From: Verrucomicrobiota bacterium
GTDB lineage: Bacteria > Verrucomicrobiota > Verrucomicrobiia > Limisphaerales > PALSA-1396
Assembly (NCBI GenBank): GCA_016200005.1
Contig: JACQFP010000066.1
Location: 13,578-77,577, forward strand
DNA length: 64,000 nucleotides
Direction of reading: 5' to 3'
The notes below the pieces were generated by a model. The model was not told the DNA's origin and ran no database searches. It saw only the letters and a list, made by a program, of their open reading frames with translations. The position numbers and the translations under genes were made by a program. Each line of letters starts with the position of its first letter. The stretch's first letter is position 1. Below, piece after piece: positions 50,497-60,336 of this stretch.

Positions 50497-51315
50497 TCAC
50501 TCAACAGCTTGCACCGTGTAGCCGCCGGATTTTTCATCAGCCTCCAATTTCAGCAGGCCGCGTTTCTGCGCTTCGAGCAGCAAATCGTTGAACGATCGAA
50601 ACCCAAACGCCCGCTCGTTGAATCCCGGATTCCTTCGCTTGATGGCCTGCTTGATCATCGAACCCCAGATATGTTCGTCCTCCCCACGTTCGGCGGTCAC
50701 GGCTTCCAATGTTTCCAACACGAGATCAAACCCCTTCTCGGGGGACAGTGATTTGCTCACACCTTCAGCCGGCTTGGCCGCGGATGTGGTGGTGGCAGCA
50801 ATCCGGCGCCGCACCTTCGATGGCTCCGCGCGCACCAGGTCATCGTAATAAATAAATTGATCGCAGTTGTTGAGGAACAGGTCGGACGTAGAATTCTTCA
50901 CGCCCACACCGATGACGGTCTTGGCGTTCTCCCGCAACTTGCTCACGAGCGGCGAGAAGTCCGAATCGCCGCTGATGATGACAAAGGTATCGACGTGGCC
51001 CTTGGTGTAACAAAGGTCGAGTGCATCCACCACCATGCGGATGTCGGCGGAGTTCTTGCCGGACTGCCGCACATGGGGAATTTCAATAAGTTCGAACGCG
51101 GCCTCGTGCAGGTCGCGCTTGAACGCCTTGTAACGGTCGAAGTCGCAGTAGGCTTTCTTGACGACGATGTGCCCCTTGAGCAGCAGGCGTTCGATGACCT
51201 TCTGAATGTCAAACTTGGGATAATGGGCATCCAGCGCGCCAAGCGCAATGTTCTCCAGGTCGAGAAACACCGCCATCGTCGCGTCGGAATCTTTCGTGGT
51301 CATTGGGTTCGCCAT
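50497..51315 (-). CDS. NYN-domain (LabA/DUF88) protein with a C-terminal OST-HTH/LOTUS-like domain
   Basis: AVFLDLENI...KAYCDF...SGKNSADIRMVVDALD...DTFVIISGDSDFSPLVSKLRE..K.VIGVG. C-terminus IWGSMIKQAIKRRNPGFNERAFGFRSFNDLL. Confidence 0.8.
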   Translation of the reverse strand: MANPMTTKDSDATMAVFLDLENIALGALDAHYPKFDIQKVIERLLLKGHIVVKKAYCDFDRYKAFKRDLHEAAFELIEIPHVRQSGKNSADIRMVVDALDLCYTKGHVDTFVIISGDSDFSPLVSKLRENAKTVIGVGVKNSTSDLFLNNCDQFIYYDDLVRAEPSKVRRRIAATTTSAAKPAEGVSKSLSPEKGFDLVLETLEAVTAERGEDEHIWGSMIKQAIKRRNPGFNERAFGFRSFNDLLLEAQKRGLLKLEADEKSGGYTVQAVE

Positions 51316-51423
51316 TTCGATATCTCACAGCTAACCTCCACACGCTGGCGGAAGCGAGAGAAAAAAACTGCCTGCCACAACAAAAATCGTGCAACCACGA
51401 ACAAACCTTTCATATTTAACGAA

Positions 51424-52410
51424 ATGACGATTCCGAAGAACAAGATCTTGCGTGGCGATTGCCTCAAGCTGCTGCGCACGTTACCCGACGAGTGCGTGGA
51501 CGTTTGCTTTGCTGATCCGCCGTTCAATCTCGAAAAAAAATACGGCAAGTATAAGGACCGCCTCGAACTGGACGAGTATCTGGCGTGGTGCGAAGCGTGG
51601 ATCACGGAACTCGTGCGCGTCACCAAACCGACGGGCAGCATCTTTCTGCACAACCTCCCGAAGTGGCTGACCTACTACGCCGCCATCCTTAACCGGCTCG
51701 CGCATTTTCGACACTGGATCTCCTGGGATGCGATGAGCATGCCGCTGGGCAAGACCCTTTTACCGGCGCATTACGGAATCATTTTCTACACAAAGGCCGC
51801 ACGCGGTTACAAATTCTTCGAGATTCGCGCGCCGCACAAACGCTGCCGCCTGTGCAACGGCTTTCTCAAGGACTACGGCGGCAAGAAGGATCAGATGCAC
51901 GCCTTCGGCAATTTGGTGAGCGATGTCTGGACCGACATTCACCGCATCAAGCACAACAAACGGCGCGACGAACACCCCTGCCAGTTGCCCGTTCATCTGC
52001 TCGAACGCGTGATTCTCATGAGCACCGACCCCGGTGATGTGGTTCTCGATCCGTTCCTCGGCACCGGCACGACAGCGATCGCGGCGAAGGCGCTTGGTCG
52101 TCATTACATCGGAATGGAACTGGACGAAACTTACGTCCGCATCGCGAAACAAAAGCTCAAGCGCGTCACGCGGAGCAAGCACAAGGGCTTCTTCGTTTCC
52201 TATTTTCTCAACAAACTGCAAAGCGTGCGAGATATCGACGCCCGGCAAATCTTCCCCGCCCAATTGACCAAGCAACAGAAACGGCAACGGGAACAATTAC
52301 TGGAAACTGTTCAACCGACGGAATTGGAATTTGCATTTGAAGCGGAACCAGTCGCCAGGCGCACGAACAAACTCCAGGTCGAAACTCGCCCACCCGCAAA
52401 CCCGGTTTGA
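51424..52410 (+). CDS. Beta-class DNA methyltransferase (N4-C or N6-A; DPPF motif precedes the SAM motif), no adjacent endonuclease
   Basis: ILRGDCLKLLRTLPDECVDVCFADPPFN...HPCQLPVHLLERVILMSTDPGDVVLDPFLGTGTTAIAAKALGRHYIGMELD. Start set to ATG 51424; the longer ORF from 50857 is antisense to the NYN gene. Confidence 0.85.
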   Translation: MTIPKNKILRGDCLKLLRTLPDECVDVCFADPPFNLEKKYGKYKDRLELDEYLAWCEAWITELVRVTKPTGSIFLHNLPKWLTYYAAILNRLAHFRHWISWDAMSMPLGKTLLPAHYGIIFYTKAARGYKFFEIRAPHKRCRLCNGFLKDYGGKKDQMHAFGNLVSDVWTDIHRIKHNKRRDEHPCQLPVHLLERVILMSTDPGDVVLDPFLGTGTTAIAAKALGRHYIGMELDETYVRIAKQKLKRVTRSKHKGFFVSYFLNKLQSVRDIDARQIFPAQLTKQQKRQREQLLETVQPTELEFAFEAEPVARRTNKLQVETRPPANPV

Positions 52411-52452
52411 CTTTCCAACCTCACCGGCTAGGGTGCCAACGAGGTGTCTGGC

Positions 52453-52926
52453 ATGAAACGATTCATCATAGCGTTGCTGTTGGGAATCATTATTGGCGCG
52501 GGCGGTTACTGGTATTTCACCGGCGGCCGCAAACAACCGGTGACCAAACAGGTCGAAACCAGCGTGGCCAACGGCGCGGGCCAGGTCAAAGACGCCATAC
52601 AGGCCAAATTGGAGGCGTTGAATCTGCGCAGCGATGACATCAAAGCGGACCTGGCGCGAACGGGCACGGTCATTCGCCGCAAAGCCCGCGACCTCGGCGC
52701 GGTGGTCGCCGATGCCACCGCTGACGCCCGCATCACCGCGGCCATCAAGGCGAAGTTTGTGGCGGACCGCAACCTCCCCGCCTTGAGTATCTCCGTCAAC
52801 ACCACCGCCGGACATGTGACTCTATCCGGCAAGGTGGCGTCGCCGGAACAAATCGGCAGGGCCATTCTGCTGGCGATGGAAACCGACGGCGTCCACGATG
52901 TCGTTTCCACCTTGCAGGTGAAATGA
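52453..52926 (+). CDS. BON-domain protein with N-terminal TM
   Basis: ITAAIKAKFVADRNLPALSISVNTTAGHVTLSGKVASPEQIGRAILLAMETDGVHDVVSTLQV. Confidence 0.8.
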   Translation: MKRFIIALLLGIIIGAGGYWYFTGGRKQPVTKQVETSVANGAGQVKDAIQAKLEALNLRSDDIKADLARTGTVIRRKARDLGAVVADATADARITAAIKAKFVADRNLPALSISVNTTAGHVTLSGKVASPEQIGRAILLAMETDGVHDVVSTLQVK

Positions 52927-53007
52927 CCCGGTTTGCCTGTTGGCGTCACAAACACAAGCAATCTTGCGCTTGCTTGCCTTTGCGCGGATTGGGAGTAAGC
53001 TCAAGCT

Positions 53008-53235
53008 ATGCTCGATTGGAGTCAGTGTTCGGCGGTAGAACGCGTGCCCGGCAAGGTCAGCGGCGTGTGGCTGTTTCGCGACACACGCGTCCCGGTGAAG
53101 GCGCTCTTCGAGAACCTCGAAGATGGCGCGACAGTCGGCCAGTTTCTTGAATGGTTTCCCGGCGTGACGCAGCAACAGGTCGAAATCGTGCTGGAGTTCG
53201 CGGGCCAGAGCCTTGCCGTTGCCGAACCACGCTGA
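53008..53235 (+). CDS. DUF433-domain protein (putative antitoxin)
   Basis: VPGKVSGVWLFRDTRVPVKALFENLEDGATVGQFLEWFPGVTQQQVEIVLEF. Confidence 0.75.
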   Translation: MLDWSQCSAVERVPGKVSGVWLFRDTRVPVKALFENLEDGATVGQFLEWFPGVTQQQVEIVLEFAGQSLAVAEPR

Positions 53236-53241
53236 CCGGGG

Positions 53242-53565
53242 ATGAAAATCCTCTTTGATCAAGGAACGCCTTCCCCATTACGACACTCGCTGGCCAGTCA
53301 TTCGGTGGTCACCGCCTTCGAAAAGGGCTGGGACAAGTTGGAGAACGGTGATCTCATCCGCGCGGCGGAAGCCGAGAACTTCGATGTCCTGATCACAACC
53401 GACCAGAATCTGAGGCATCAGCAAAACCTTCGCGGGCGAACCCTTGCCATCCTGGTCTTGCCCACAACAAGCTGGCCAAAAATCCACCAACACGTGGAGA
53501 AAATCTCTGCCGCTGTGATCTCGCTCAAGCCGGGTGAATATCGGGAACTGGACCTTGGATTTTGA
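53242..53565 (+). CDS. DUF5615-family PIN-like protein (putative toxin)
   Basis: MKILFDQGTP.PL...GDLIRAAEAENFDVLITTDQNLRHQQNL. Lies 6 nt after the DUF433 gene. Confidence 0.7.
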   Translation: MKILFDQGTPSPLRHSLASHSVVTAFEKGWDKLENGDLIRAAEAENFDVLITTDQNLRHQQNLRGRTLAILVLPTTSWPKIHQHVEKISAAVISLKPGEYRELDLGF

Positions 53566-53597
53566 CGGGTGGGAAAAGAAAAGCACACGCAAGGTCG

Positions 53598-55016
53598 CTA
53601 CCCACCGCCTCCCACGCCCGAACCCTGCCCCGGCTCGGTCTGGCTTTTGGGATCGAGCAATTCGTCCAGCTTGGCCTTGTCGAGACCGGACATTTCCAGC
53701 GCGACCTGGCGAATCGTGCGCCCACTTTCGTAAGCGACCTTGGCAATCTTCGCCGCCTTGTCGTAGCCAATGACCGGCGCGAGCGACGTGCACATCGCGA
53801 GACTCTGTTCGATGTTGCCTTCGCACTTCGCCGCGTCGGCTTCCAAACCGGTCACACATCGTCGCGCAAAAACGCGGCTGCCGCTGGTCAACAGTTCAAT
53901 GGATTGCAGAAGGTTGTGGGTCATCACCGGCAGCATCACGTTCAATTCAAAATTCCCGAATGTGCCACAGAAAGTGACCACGGCGTCGTTGCCGATGACT
54001 TGTGCGCCCACCTGAATCAGCATCTCGCACATCACGGGATTGACTTTGCCCGGCATGATGGATGAACCGGGTTGGGTGGCCGGCAACTTCAATTCACCCA
54101 GCCCACAGCGCGGCCCTGAGCCAAGCAGACGGATGTCGTTGGCGATTTTGATCAAGCTGACGGCCACAGTTTTGAGCGCGCCGCTGGTCTCCACACACGC
54201 ATCAATGCCGCCCTGCGCTTCGAAGTGATTTGGCGCTTCGCGTAACTTGAGGCCGGTTTCGTCAGCAATGCCTTCGATGGTGCGCCGGGCAAACTCAACA
54301 TGCGTGTTGATGCCCGTGCCGACGGCGGTGCCGCCCAGCGCCAGTTCGCTCAAATGCTCCTCCACTTTCCAAAGCCGATTGATGCCATGTTCGACCTGGC
54401 TCGCGTAACCGCTGAATTCCTGGCCAAGCCGGATCGGCGTGGCGTCCTGTAAGTGCGTGCGGCCTATCTTCAGAATATCGGCAAACTCTTGGGCTTTTTT
54501 TAACAACGCGCCGTGCAGTTCGTTCAACGCGGGGATAAGTTGATGCACGATTGCTTCCAGCGCCGCGATGTGAATGGCGGTGGGAATCACATCATTGCTC
54601 GATTGGCCGCGATTGACGTGGTCGTTGGGATGCACTGATTTATCGCCCCGCTTGCCGCCCAAGATTTCAGCGGCGCGGTTGGCGATCACCTCATTGGCGT
54701 TCATGTTGGTCGAAGTGCCGGAGCCCGTCTGGAAAATATCAATTACGAACTGGTGATCCCATTTTCCGTCCGCCACCTCTTGCGCCGCCTTTTGAACTGC
54801 ATCGGAAATATTTTTCGGCAGGAGACCGAGCGCCGTGTTGGTGATGGCCGCGTGTTTTTTGATCAACCCCAATGCGCGAATGAACTGCCGAGTGAAACGC
54901 AGACTGCTGACCGGGAAATTCTCGACGGCCCGCGCCGTCTGTGCGCCGTAATAAGCGTCTGTCGGTACCTGCATTTGTCCCATCGAATCGGCCTCAGTCC
55001 GAAACTCGTTTTTCAT
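53598..55016 (-). CDS. fumC: Class II fumarate hydratase
   Basis: GSSIMPGKVNP signature and QSSNDVIPTA. Start trimmed to ATG 55016 (MKNEFRTEADSMG). Confidence 0.92.
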   Translation of the reverse strand: MKNEFRTEADSMGQMQVPTDAYYGAQTARAVENFPVSSLRFTRQFIRALGLIKKHAAITNTALGLLPKNISDAVQKAAQEVADGKWDHQFVIDIFQTGSGTSTNMNANEVIANRAAEILGGKRGDKSVHPNDHVNRGQSSNDVIPTAIHIAALEAIVHQLIPALNELHGALLKKAQEFADILKIGRTHLQDATPIRLGQEFSGYASQVEHGINRLWKVEEHLSELALGGTAVGTGINTHVEFARRTIEGIADETGLKLREAPNHFEAQGGIDACVETSGALKTVAVSLIKIANDIRLLGSGPRCGLGELKLPATQPGSSIMPGKVNPVMCEMLIQVGAQVIGNDAVVTFCGTFGNFELNVMLPVMTHNLLQSIELLTSGSRVFARRCVTGLEADAAKCEGNIEQSLAMCTSLAPVIGYDKAAKIAKVAYESGRTIRQVALEMSGLDKAKLDELLDPKSQTEPGQGSGVGGGG

Positions 55017-55026
55017 GGCAACCAGT

Positions 55027-55476
55027 TTATTGGATTGGTCTGTCGGTTTCCAAATCAATTAGTTTAATCCGCCGTTGATGCCGCCCGCCCTCGAACGGAG
55101 TCGCCAGCCAGACCTGCACAAGCTCCAGCGCGGTCTCAATGGTCATCATGCGCTGACCGAGCGAGAGTACGTTGGCGTCGTTGTGTTGTCGGCTGAGCCG
55201 GGCGGATTCAACATTCCAACACAGCGCGCAGCGAACGCCTTTGACGCGGTTTGCCACCATCGCTTCCCCGTTGCCGGAACCGCCGAGGATGACGCCGCGC
55301 TCGAATTCGCCGCGCGCAACCGCTTCCGCCACCGGCCGGATGAAGAGCGGGTAATCACATGGCTCTTCCGAATGCGTGCCGAAGTCGGTGACGCTGTGCC
55401 CCAACTGTTCCAACAGGTCGCGGATCCTCTCCTTGTATTGAAAACCAGCGTGGTCCGATCCGGTGGCAATCTTCAT
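55027..55476 (-). CDS. rpiB: Ribose-5-phosphate isomerase B
   Basis: MKIATGSDHAGFQYKE...GVILGGSGNGEAMVANRVKGVRCALCW...ARLSRQHNDANVLSLG. Start trimmed to ATG 55476. Confidence 0.9.
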   Translation of the reverse strand: MKIATGSDHAGFQYKERIRDLLEQLGHSVTDFGTHSEEPCDYPLFIRPVAEAVARGEFERGVILGGSGNGEAMVANRVKGVRCALCWNVESARLSRQHNDANVLSLGQRMMTIETALELVQVWLATPFEGGRHQRRIKLIDLETDRPIQ

Positions 55477-55722
55477 AGGATGAACGGGTTCAAGCTTTGC
55501 CTGGACACTGGCAAAAACCCTTTCGCACCGCCAGTCTGGAGTTCGCGAAAAGAAACCACACCGCCACATTGCCGATATTGCTTTTACGGGCGCGTCGGGA
55601 GTATTCTGTTTTTGAGCGCAACCCAATGGTTGTGGCCCATTGCCGTAACGTATGGAAAGAGTTGAGTCGCGTCGCGGTGGAACAGAACCGCCAAGAGTCG
55701 ATTCCAAAGAAAGGAGAACGAT

Positions 55723-56049
55723 ATGGCTTACTATCTTGTGCAGGCAACATACACGTCTGAAGCGTGGAAGAACTTGGTCAAGCACCCGCAGGACCGGACC
55801 AAAGCGATCCGGCCCGTCATCGAGAAACTCGGTGGAAGCCTCGAATCAATGTGGTTTGCCTTCGGAGATTATGATCTGGTGCTCATCATGCAAATGCCCG
55901 ACAACGTCAGTGCCGCCGCCTTTTCGCTGGCGGCTACCGCCGGTGGCGCTCTCAAGGCCCTCAAGACGACCGCTTTACTGGCCATCACCGAGGGACTGGA
56001 CGCGATGAAGAAAGCTGCCAAAGCCGGCTATCGACCACCCGGCAAATAG
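55723..56049 (+). CDS. GYD-domain protein
   Basis: MAYYLVQATYTSEAWKNLVK.PQDR...FAFGDYDLVLIMQMPDN. Confidence 0.75.
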   Translation: MAYYLVQATYTSEAWKNLVKHPQDRTKAIRPVIEKLGGSLESMWFAFGDYDLVLIMQMPDNVSAAAFSLAATAGGALKALKTTALLAITEGLDAMKKAAKAGYRPPGK

Positions 56050-56120
56050 TTCGTGAAACTTTCGTCCGTGTGTCACGCTTGAAATCGTTGTCCCGGCGGT
56101 CGAGTTAGTCAGCCGGTTCT

Positions 56121-56672
56121 GTGTTCATTCGTGCAATCGCGATGGGTGGAGATGGCGGCGCCAATCGTGACGCCTTGGAACTTATGGTGAACCTGTTCAA
56201 GACATTGCTCTTCACGATTCTGGCGCCGGGGACGCTGACGGTGATCGTGCCTTGGTTGTTATTGCCACCGGGCAGCCGGAGGATGCACGGCGAGCTTGCG
56301 GATGTCGTTGGTCTGATCGCCATTGTGTTTGGCGCGGCCATTTATTTCTGGTGCGCCTGGGATTTCGCATTCGCCGGCAAAGGCACACCCGCGCCTTACG
56401 ACCCGCCCAAGCTGCTGGTGACGCAAGGACTCTATCGCCTGGTCAGAAACCCGATTTATGTCGGCCTCATGTTCGTGTTACTGGGTGAAGCGTTGATGTT
56501 TGCGTCGCCGACGTTGCTGGTTTACGCGCCGGGGATGTGGCTGGCATTTCACCTGCGGATCATTCTGTATGAAGAACGGGTGCTGAAAAAACAATTCGGC
56601 GAGGAGTATCTGGAGTATTGCCGCAAGGTGCCGCGATGGATTCCGCGTTGGCCAGATCGAAACAGTGAATGA
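56121..56672 (+). CDS. Isoprenylcysteine carboxyl methyltransferase (ICMT)-family membrane methyltransferase
   Basis: LVTQGLYRLVRNPIYVG...EERVLKKQFGEEYLEYCRKVPRWIP. Start may be 56184. Confidence 0.75.
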   Translation: MFIRAIAMGGDGGANRDALELMVNLFKTLLFTILAPGTLTVIVPWLLLPPGSRRMHGELADVVGLIAIVFGAAIYFWCAWDFAFAGKGTPAPYDPPKLLVTQGLYRLVRNPIYVGLMFVLLGEALMFASPTLLVYAPGMWLAFHLRIILYEERVLKKQFGEEYLEYCRKVPRWIPRWPDRNSE

Positions 56673-56749
56673 AATCATATCGCGCCGGTAAAATCTTTGG
56701 TTGAAACTTGTGGGCTGAACCGCAGAGTAACGGGAATGGTTTGCCACCG

Positions 56750-58057
56750 ATGAACGCCCGTCTTTCGCACCTCAAAGACCTGGATTACTCCGTGGTGCAA
56801 CAATGCATGCACTGCGGCCTTTGCCTGCCGACCTGCCCGACCTACGACGCCACCAAACTGGAACGCAACAGCCCGCGCGGGCGCATCGCCCTGATGCGCG
56901 CCATTGCCGATGACCGGCTCGCTGCGACGAAGGCATTTGGTGACGAGATGTATTTTTGCCTCGGTTGCCTGGCCTGCATGACGGCCTGCCCGGCGGGCGT
57001 GAATTATGCCGAGCTGTTCGAGCACGCACGAGCGGAAGCCGAACAAAGCGGCGCGCTAAGTTCGCCAAAACGAAGTTTAATCCGCAGCCTCACCCTGCGC
57101 TGGCTGTTCATGGATTTGAGCCGGCTGCATCTGGTTGGTCGCGTGATCCGGCTGTATCAACAACTCGGCTTGCAAACGCTCATTCGGCGCAGTGGCGGAT
57201 TGAAGTTGTTGCCCAAACGTCTGCGTGAATTGGAGGCTATGACGCCGACGATTCAGGGAAAGTTTTCGGCGGAACTGATCGTGCCCATCACCCCGGCTGT
57301 CGGCCAGAAGAAATACCGCGTCGCCGCGCTTACCGGTTGCGCTCAGGATTTGATGTTCAGCGACGTGAACCGCGACACCGTCGAAGTCCTTGCACGCAAC
57401 GGCTGCGAAGTTGTCACGCCGTCGGAGCAACTGTGCTGCGGTTCGCTCCACGCGCACAACGGCGAATGGGAACTGGCTCAACGACTGGCGCGCAGAAACA
57501 TCGACCAGTTTCCGCCGGACAAATTCGATGCCATCATCACCAACGCCGCCGGTTGCGGGTCGCACCTCAAGCATTACGCGAAGTTGCTCGCCGATGATCC
57601 GGCTTACGAAACGCGCGCGCAATTGTGGGATGCGAAAGTAAAAGACGTTCACGAATGGCTGGCGCACATCGGCATTCAACCGCCGGCGGCGACTGCGCAG
57701 CCAGAGCAAACCGTCACTTACCACGAAGCCTGCCATCTTTGTCACGGCCAGAAGATCACGGCGCAACCGCGGGAGGTCTTGCGTGCGGTTCCAAATCTAA
57801 AACTGGTCGAGTTGCCTGAAAGCACCTGGTGTTGCGGCAGCGCCGGAATCTACAATCTCATTCAGCCGGAAATGGCCGACGATCTCCTCGACCGCAAACT
57901 CCAGCACATCAAGTCAACCAAGGCTGGCGTTGTCGCCACCGGCAATCCCGGTTGTCTGGCGCAAATCATCAACGGCGCGAGAAAGCAAAACCTGTCGCTG
58001 CGTGTTGTTCATCCCATTACGCTCCTGGCGGAGGCGTATCGGCGCGGTAGCCAATAG
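56750..58057 (+). CDS. GlcF-like (Fe-S)-binding protein with two 4Fe-4S motifs and two CCG domains
   Basis: CMHCGLCLPTCP, CLGCLACMTACP, CCGSLH, CCGSAG. Confidence 0.85.
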   Translation: MNARLSHLKDLDYSVVQQCMHCGLCLPTCPTYDATKLERNSPRGRIALMRAIADDRLAATKAFGDEMYFCLGCLACMTACPAGVNYAELFEHARAEAEQSGALSSPKRSLIRSLTLRWLFMDLSRLHLVGRVIRLYQQLGLQTLIRRSGGLKLLPKRLRELEAMTPTIQGKFSAELIVPITPAVGQKKYRVAALTGCAQDLMFSDVNRDTVEVLARNGCEVVTPSEQLCCGSLHAHNGEWELAQRLARRNIDQFPPDKFDAIITNAAGCGSHLKHYAKLLADDPAYETRAQLWDAKVKDVHEWLAHIGIQPPAATAQPEQTVTYHEACHLCHGQKITAQPREVLRAVPNLKLVELPESTWCCGSAGIYNLIQPEMADDLLDRKLQHIKSTKAGVVATGNPGCLAQIINGARKQNLSLRVVHPITLLAEAYRRGSQ

Positions 58058-58062
58058 TTTAT

Positions 58063-58710
58063 ATGCGTTCCAAAACTGAAATCATTTCCCTCCTGGCCAA
58101 TCCCGGCATCATCGCCGTGGTTCGCGCGCAAATGGCCGAGCAAGTTCTGCCGTTGTCTGAAGCGTTGATCGCCGGTGGCGTCATCGCGGTTGAAATCACG
58201 ATGACGACGCCCAATGCGATTGAAGCCATTCGCAAAGCAAGCCAAACAATCGGCGCGCGAGGGTTGATCGGCGTGGGCACGGTGCTGGACGCGCAGACTT
58301 GTCACGCCGCCATCGACGCCGGGGCGGAGTTTGTCGTCAGCCCCATCATGCGACCGGAACTGGTCACTGCCGCGCATGCGGCCGATCGGCCCGTCATGGT
58401 GGGCGCGTACACACCGACGGAAGCGCAACTGGCGCACGAAGTGGGCGCGGACTTCATCAAGATTTTTCCCGCCGACAAGCTTGGCCCGGAATACATCAAG
58501 GCCATTCGCGCGCCCCTGCCGCATCTGCGCATTGTGCCGACCGGCGGCGTGGATTTGTCGAACGCGGCCGCATTTTTGAAAGCAGGTTGTGCGGCGCTCG
58601 GCGTCGGGTCGTCGCTTGTTTCCGCGCAGATTTTGCGCGAGGAAAACTGGACGGAGCTGACCCGGTTGGCAGCGGAATTTGTGAGGATCGCGCAAAGTGT
58701 GCCGCGATAA
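58063..58710 (+). CDS. eda: KDPG/KHG aldolase
   Basis: IIAVVR...IAGGVIAVEITMTTP...GVGTVLD...GAEFVVSP...KIFPAD...VPTGGV. Confidence 0.88.
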   Translation: MRSKTEIISLLANPGIIAVVRAQMAEQVLPLSEALIAGGVIAVEITMTTPNAIEAIRKASQTIGARGLIGVGTVLDAQTCHAAIDAGAEFVVSPIMRPELVTAAHAADRPVMVGAYTPTEAQLAHEVGADFIKIFPADKLGPEYIKAIRAPLPHLRIVPTGGVDLSNAAAFLKAGCAALGVGSSLVSAQILREENWTELTRLAAEFVRIAQSVPR

Positions 58711-58787
58711 TCACTCTGCTGGAACCAGCCGCGCGGGCCGCACGAAAATCTTTACCCTCTTCCGACGACTGATTACTATCCAGCGAA

Positions 58788-59402
58788 ATGAGCCAACTGA
58801 ATTATCGAGTGCGCCGTGCGACGCTGGATGATTTGGACGTGCTCCGCAAACTGTGGCAGTCCATGCGCCTCGACGAGAAAGAACTCGAACGGCGACCCAC
58901 CGAGTTCCAGGTCGCCGAAGACGCGAACGGCCAGGTGATTGGTGCCGTGGCGCTGCAAATCACCGACCGCCAAGGTCGGCTGCACAGCGAGGCGTTCGAC
59001 GATTTTGCCCACGCCGACCAGGTGCGTCCGTTGCTGTGGGAGCGACTTCAAGCCGTCGCCAACAATCACGGTCTCCTGCGGGTCTGGTCGCAGGAACGCG
59101 CACCGTTTTGGAATCGCTGCCTGCATCCCGCAAAAGCCGGAGAGCTGGAAAAGCTGCCGGCCACTTGGCGCAACATTTCCGGCAAGTGGTTCACCTTGCA
59201 ATTGCGCGACGAAACCGCGGTCGTGTCGCTCGACAAAGAATTCGCCTTGTTCAAGGAAGCAGAGAGGCAGCAACGGGAGGCATTGCTCCGTCACAAAAAA
59301 ACTGTCAGCGTCATTGCGACGGTGATCGCCATTATTTTGGCGATCTTTGTGCTGATCGTTGCCCTGCGTCTGATGCAAAATCCCCAACTGCTACGACACT
59401 GA
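58788..59402 (+). CDS. GNAT-like acetyltransferase with C-terminal TM helix
   Basis: YRVRRATLDDLDVLRKLW...QVIGAVAL and a C-terminal VIATVIAIILAIFVLIVAL. Weak call. Confidence 0.55.
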   Translation: MSQLNYRVRRATLDDLDVLRKLWQSMRLDEKELERRPTEFQVAEDANGQVIGAVALQITDRQGRLHSEAFDDFAHADQVRPLLWERLQAVANNHGLLRVWSQERAPFWNRCLHPAKAGELEKLPATWRNISGKWFTLQLRDETAVVSLDKEFALFKEAERQQREALLRHKKTVSVIATVIAIILAIFVLIVALRLMQNPQLLRH

Positions 59403-60317
59403 CGGCCGCGTGAATTCGTCGGCGTGGTAGGAACTGCGCACCATTGGTCCGCTGGCGACGTGAACGAAGCCCATCTGCTCCGCCGCGAGTTTGTATTCGG
59501 CGAACTTTGCGGGCGGAATGAAATCCACCACCGGCAGGTGACGCAACGTCGGTTGCAGATATTGTCCCAGCGTGAGGATGTCGCAGTTTGCGCTGCGCAA
59601 GTCGCTCATCGCTTGAAACAATTCCTCCTCGGTTTCGCCCAAGCCCAACATCAGGCCGGACTTCGTGTAGATGCTGGCACCGCGTTTGGCCTTCACTTTG
59701 CCCAACACCCTTAGAGAACGGTCGTAAGTCGCGCGCGAACGGACGCTCGGCGTCAGTCGCCGCACCGTTTCGAGATTGTGATTGAAAATCTCCGGGTTCG
59801 CCGAGAGCACGGCATCGATTGAAGCATCGCGGTCGAGGAAGTCAGGCACAAGCACCTCGATGACGATGCCGGGATTTAGGTTGCGTACCGCGTCGATGGT
59901 GTGATGAAAATGTTCCGCCCCGCCGTCCGCCAGATCGTCGCGCGCGACGGCGGTGATGACAACGTGCTTGAGTTTCATGCGGCGCGTCGCTTCGGCTACG
60001 CGAGCAGGTTCGTCGGCTTCGAGGGCGAGCGGTTTGGCCGTCGTGACTGCGCAGAAACCGCAGGCGCGCGTGCAGCGGTCGCCGGCGATCATGAACGTCG
60101 CCGTGCCTTTGCTCCAACAATCCCAGTGGTTCGGGCATTTGGCGCTCTCGCAGACGGTGTGAAGTTTCAGTTCATCGAGCAAAGCGCGGGTGTGAGCGAA
60201 CGTGTCGGCGGTTGGCAGTTTGAGCCGCAACCATTCCGGCAGACGCGGGCGTTTGGGTTCGGTGGTCGTCACAATTTGTGAACCGCAGATGAACGCGGAT
60301 CGACGCAGATGGAACAA
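59391..60317 (-). CDS. lipA: Lipoyl synthase
   Basis: TVCESAKCPNHWDCW...ATFMIAGDRCTRACGFCAV (both Fe-S cluster motifs). Confidence 0.92.
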   Translation of the reverse strand: MFHLRRSAFICGSQIVTTTEPKRPRLPEWLRLKLPTADTFAHTRALLDELKLHTVCESAKCPNHWDCWSKGTATFMIAGDRCTRACGFCAVTTAKPLALEADEPARVAEATRRMKLKHVVITAVARDDLADGGAEHFHHTIDAVRNLNPGIVIEVLVPDFLDRDASIDAVLSANPEIFNHNLETVRRLTPSVRSRATYDRSLRVLGKVKAKRGASIYTKSGLMLGLGETEEELFQAMSDLRSANCDILTLGQYLQPTLRHLPVVDFIPPAKFAEYKLAAEQMGFVHVASGPMVRSSYHADEFTRPSVS

Positions 60318-60336
60318 AATGAATTCTTATCTGCGT

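Noticed and set aside
50857-51423. N-terminal 189 codons of the 517-aa ORF that contains the DNA methyltransferase
   Set aside because: This part is antisense to the NYN gene and has no methyltransferase homology. The true start was taken as ATG 51424 (MTIPKNKILRGDC).
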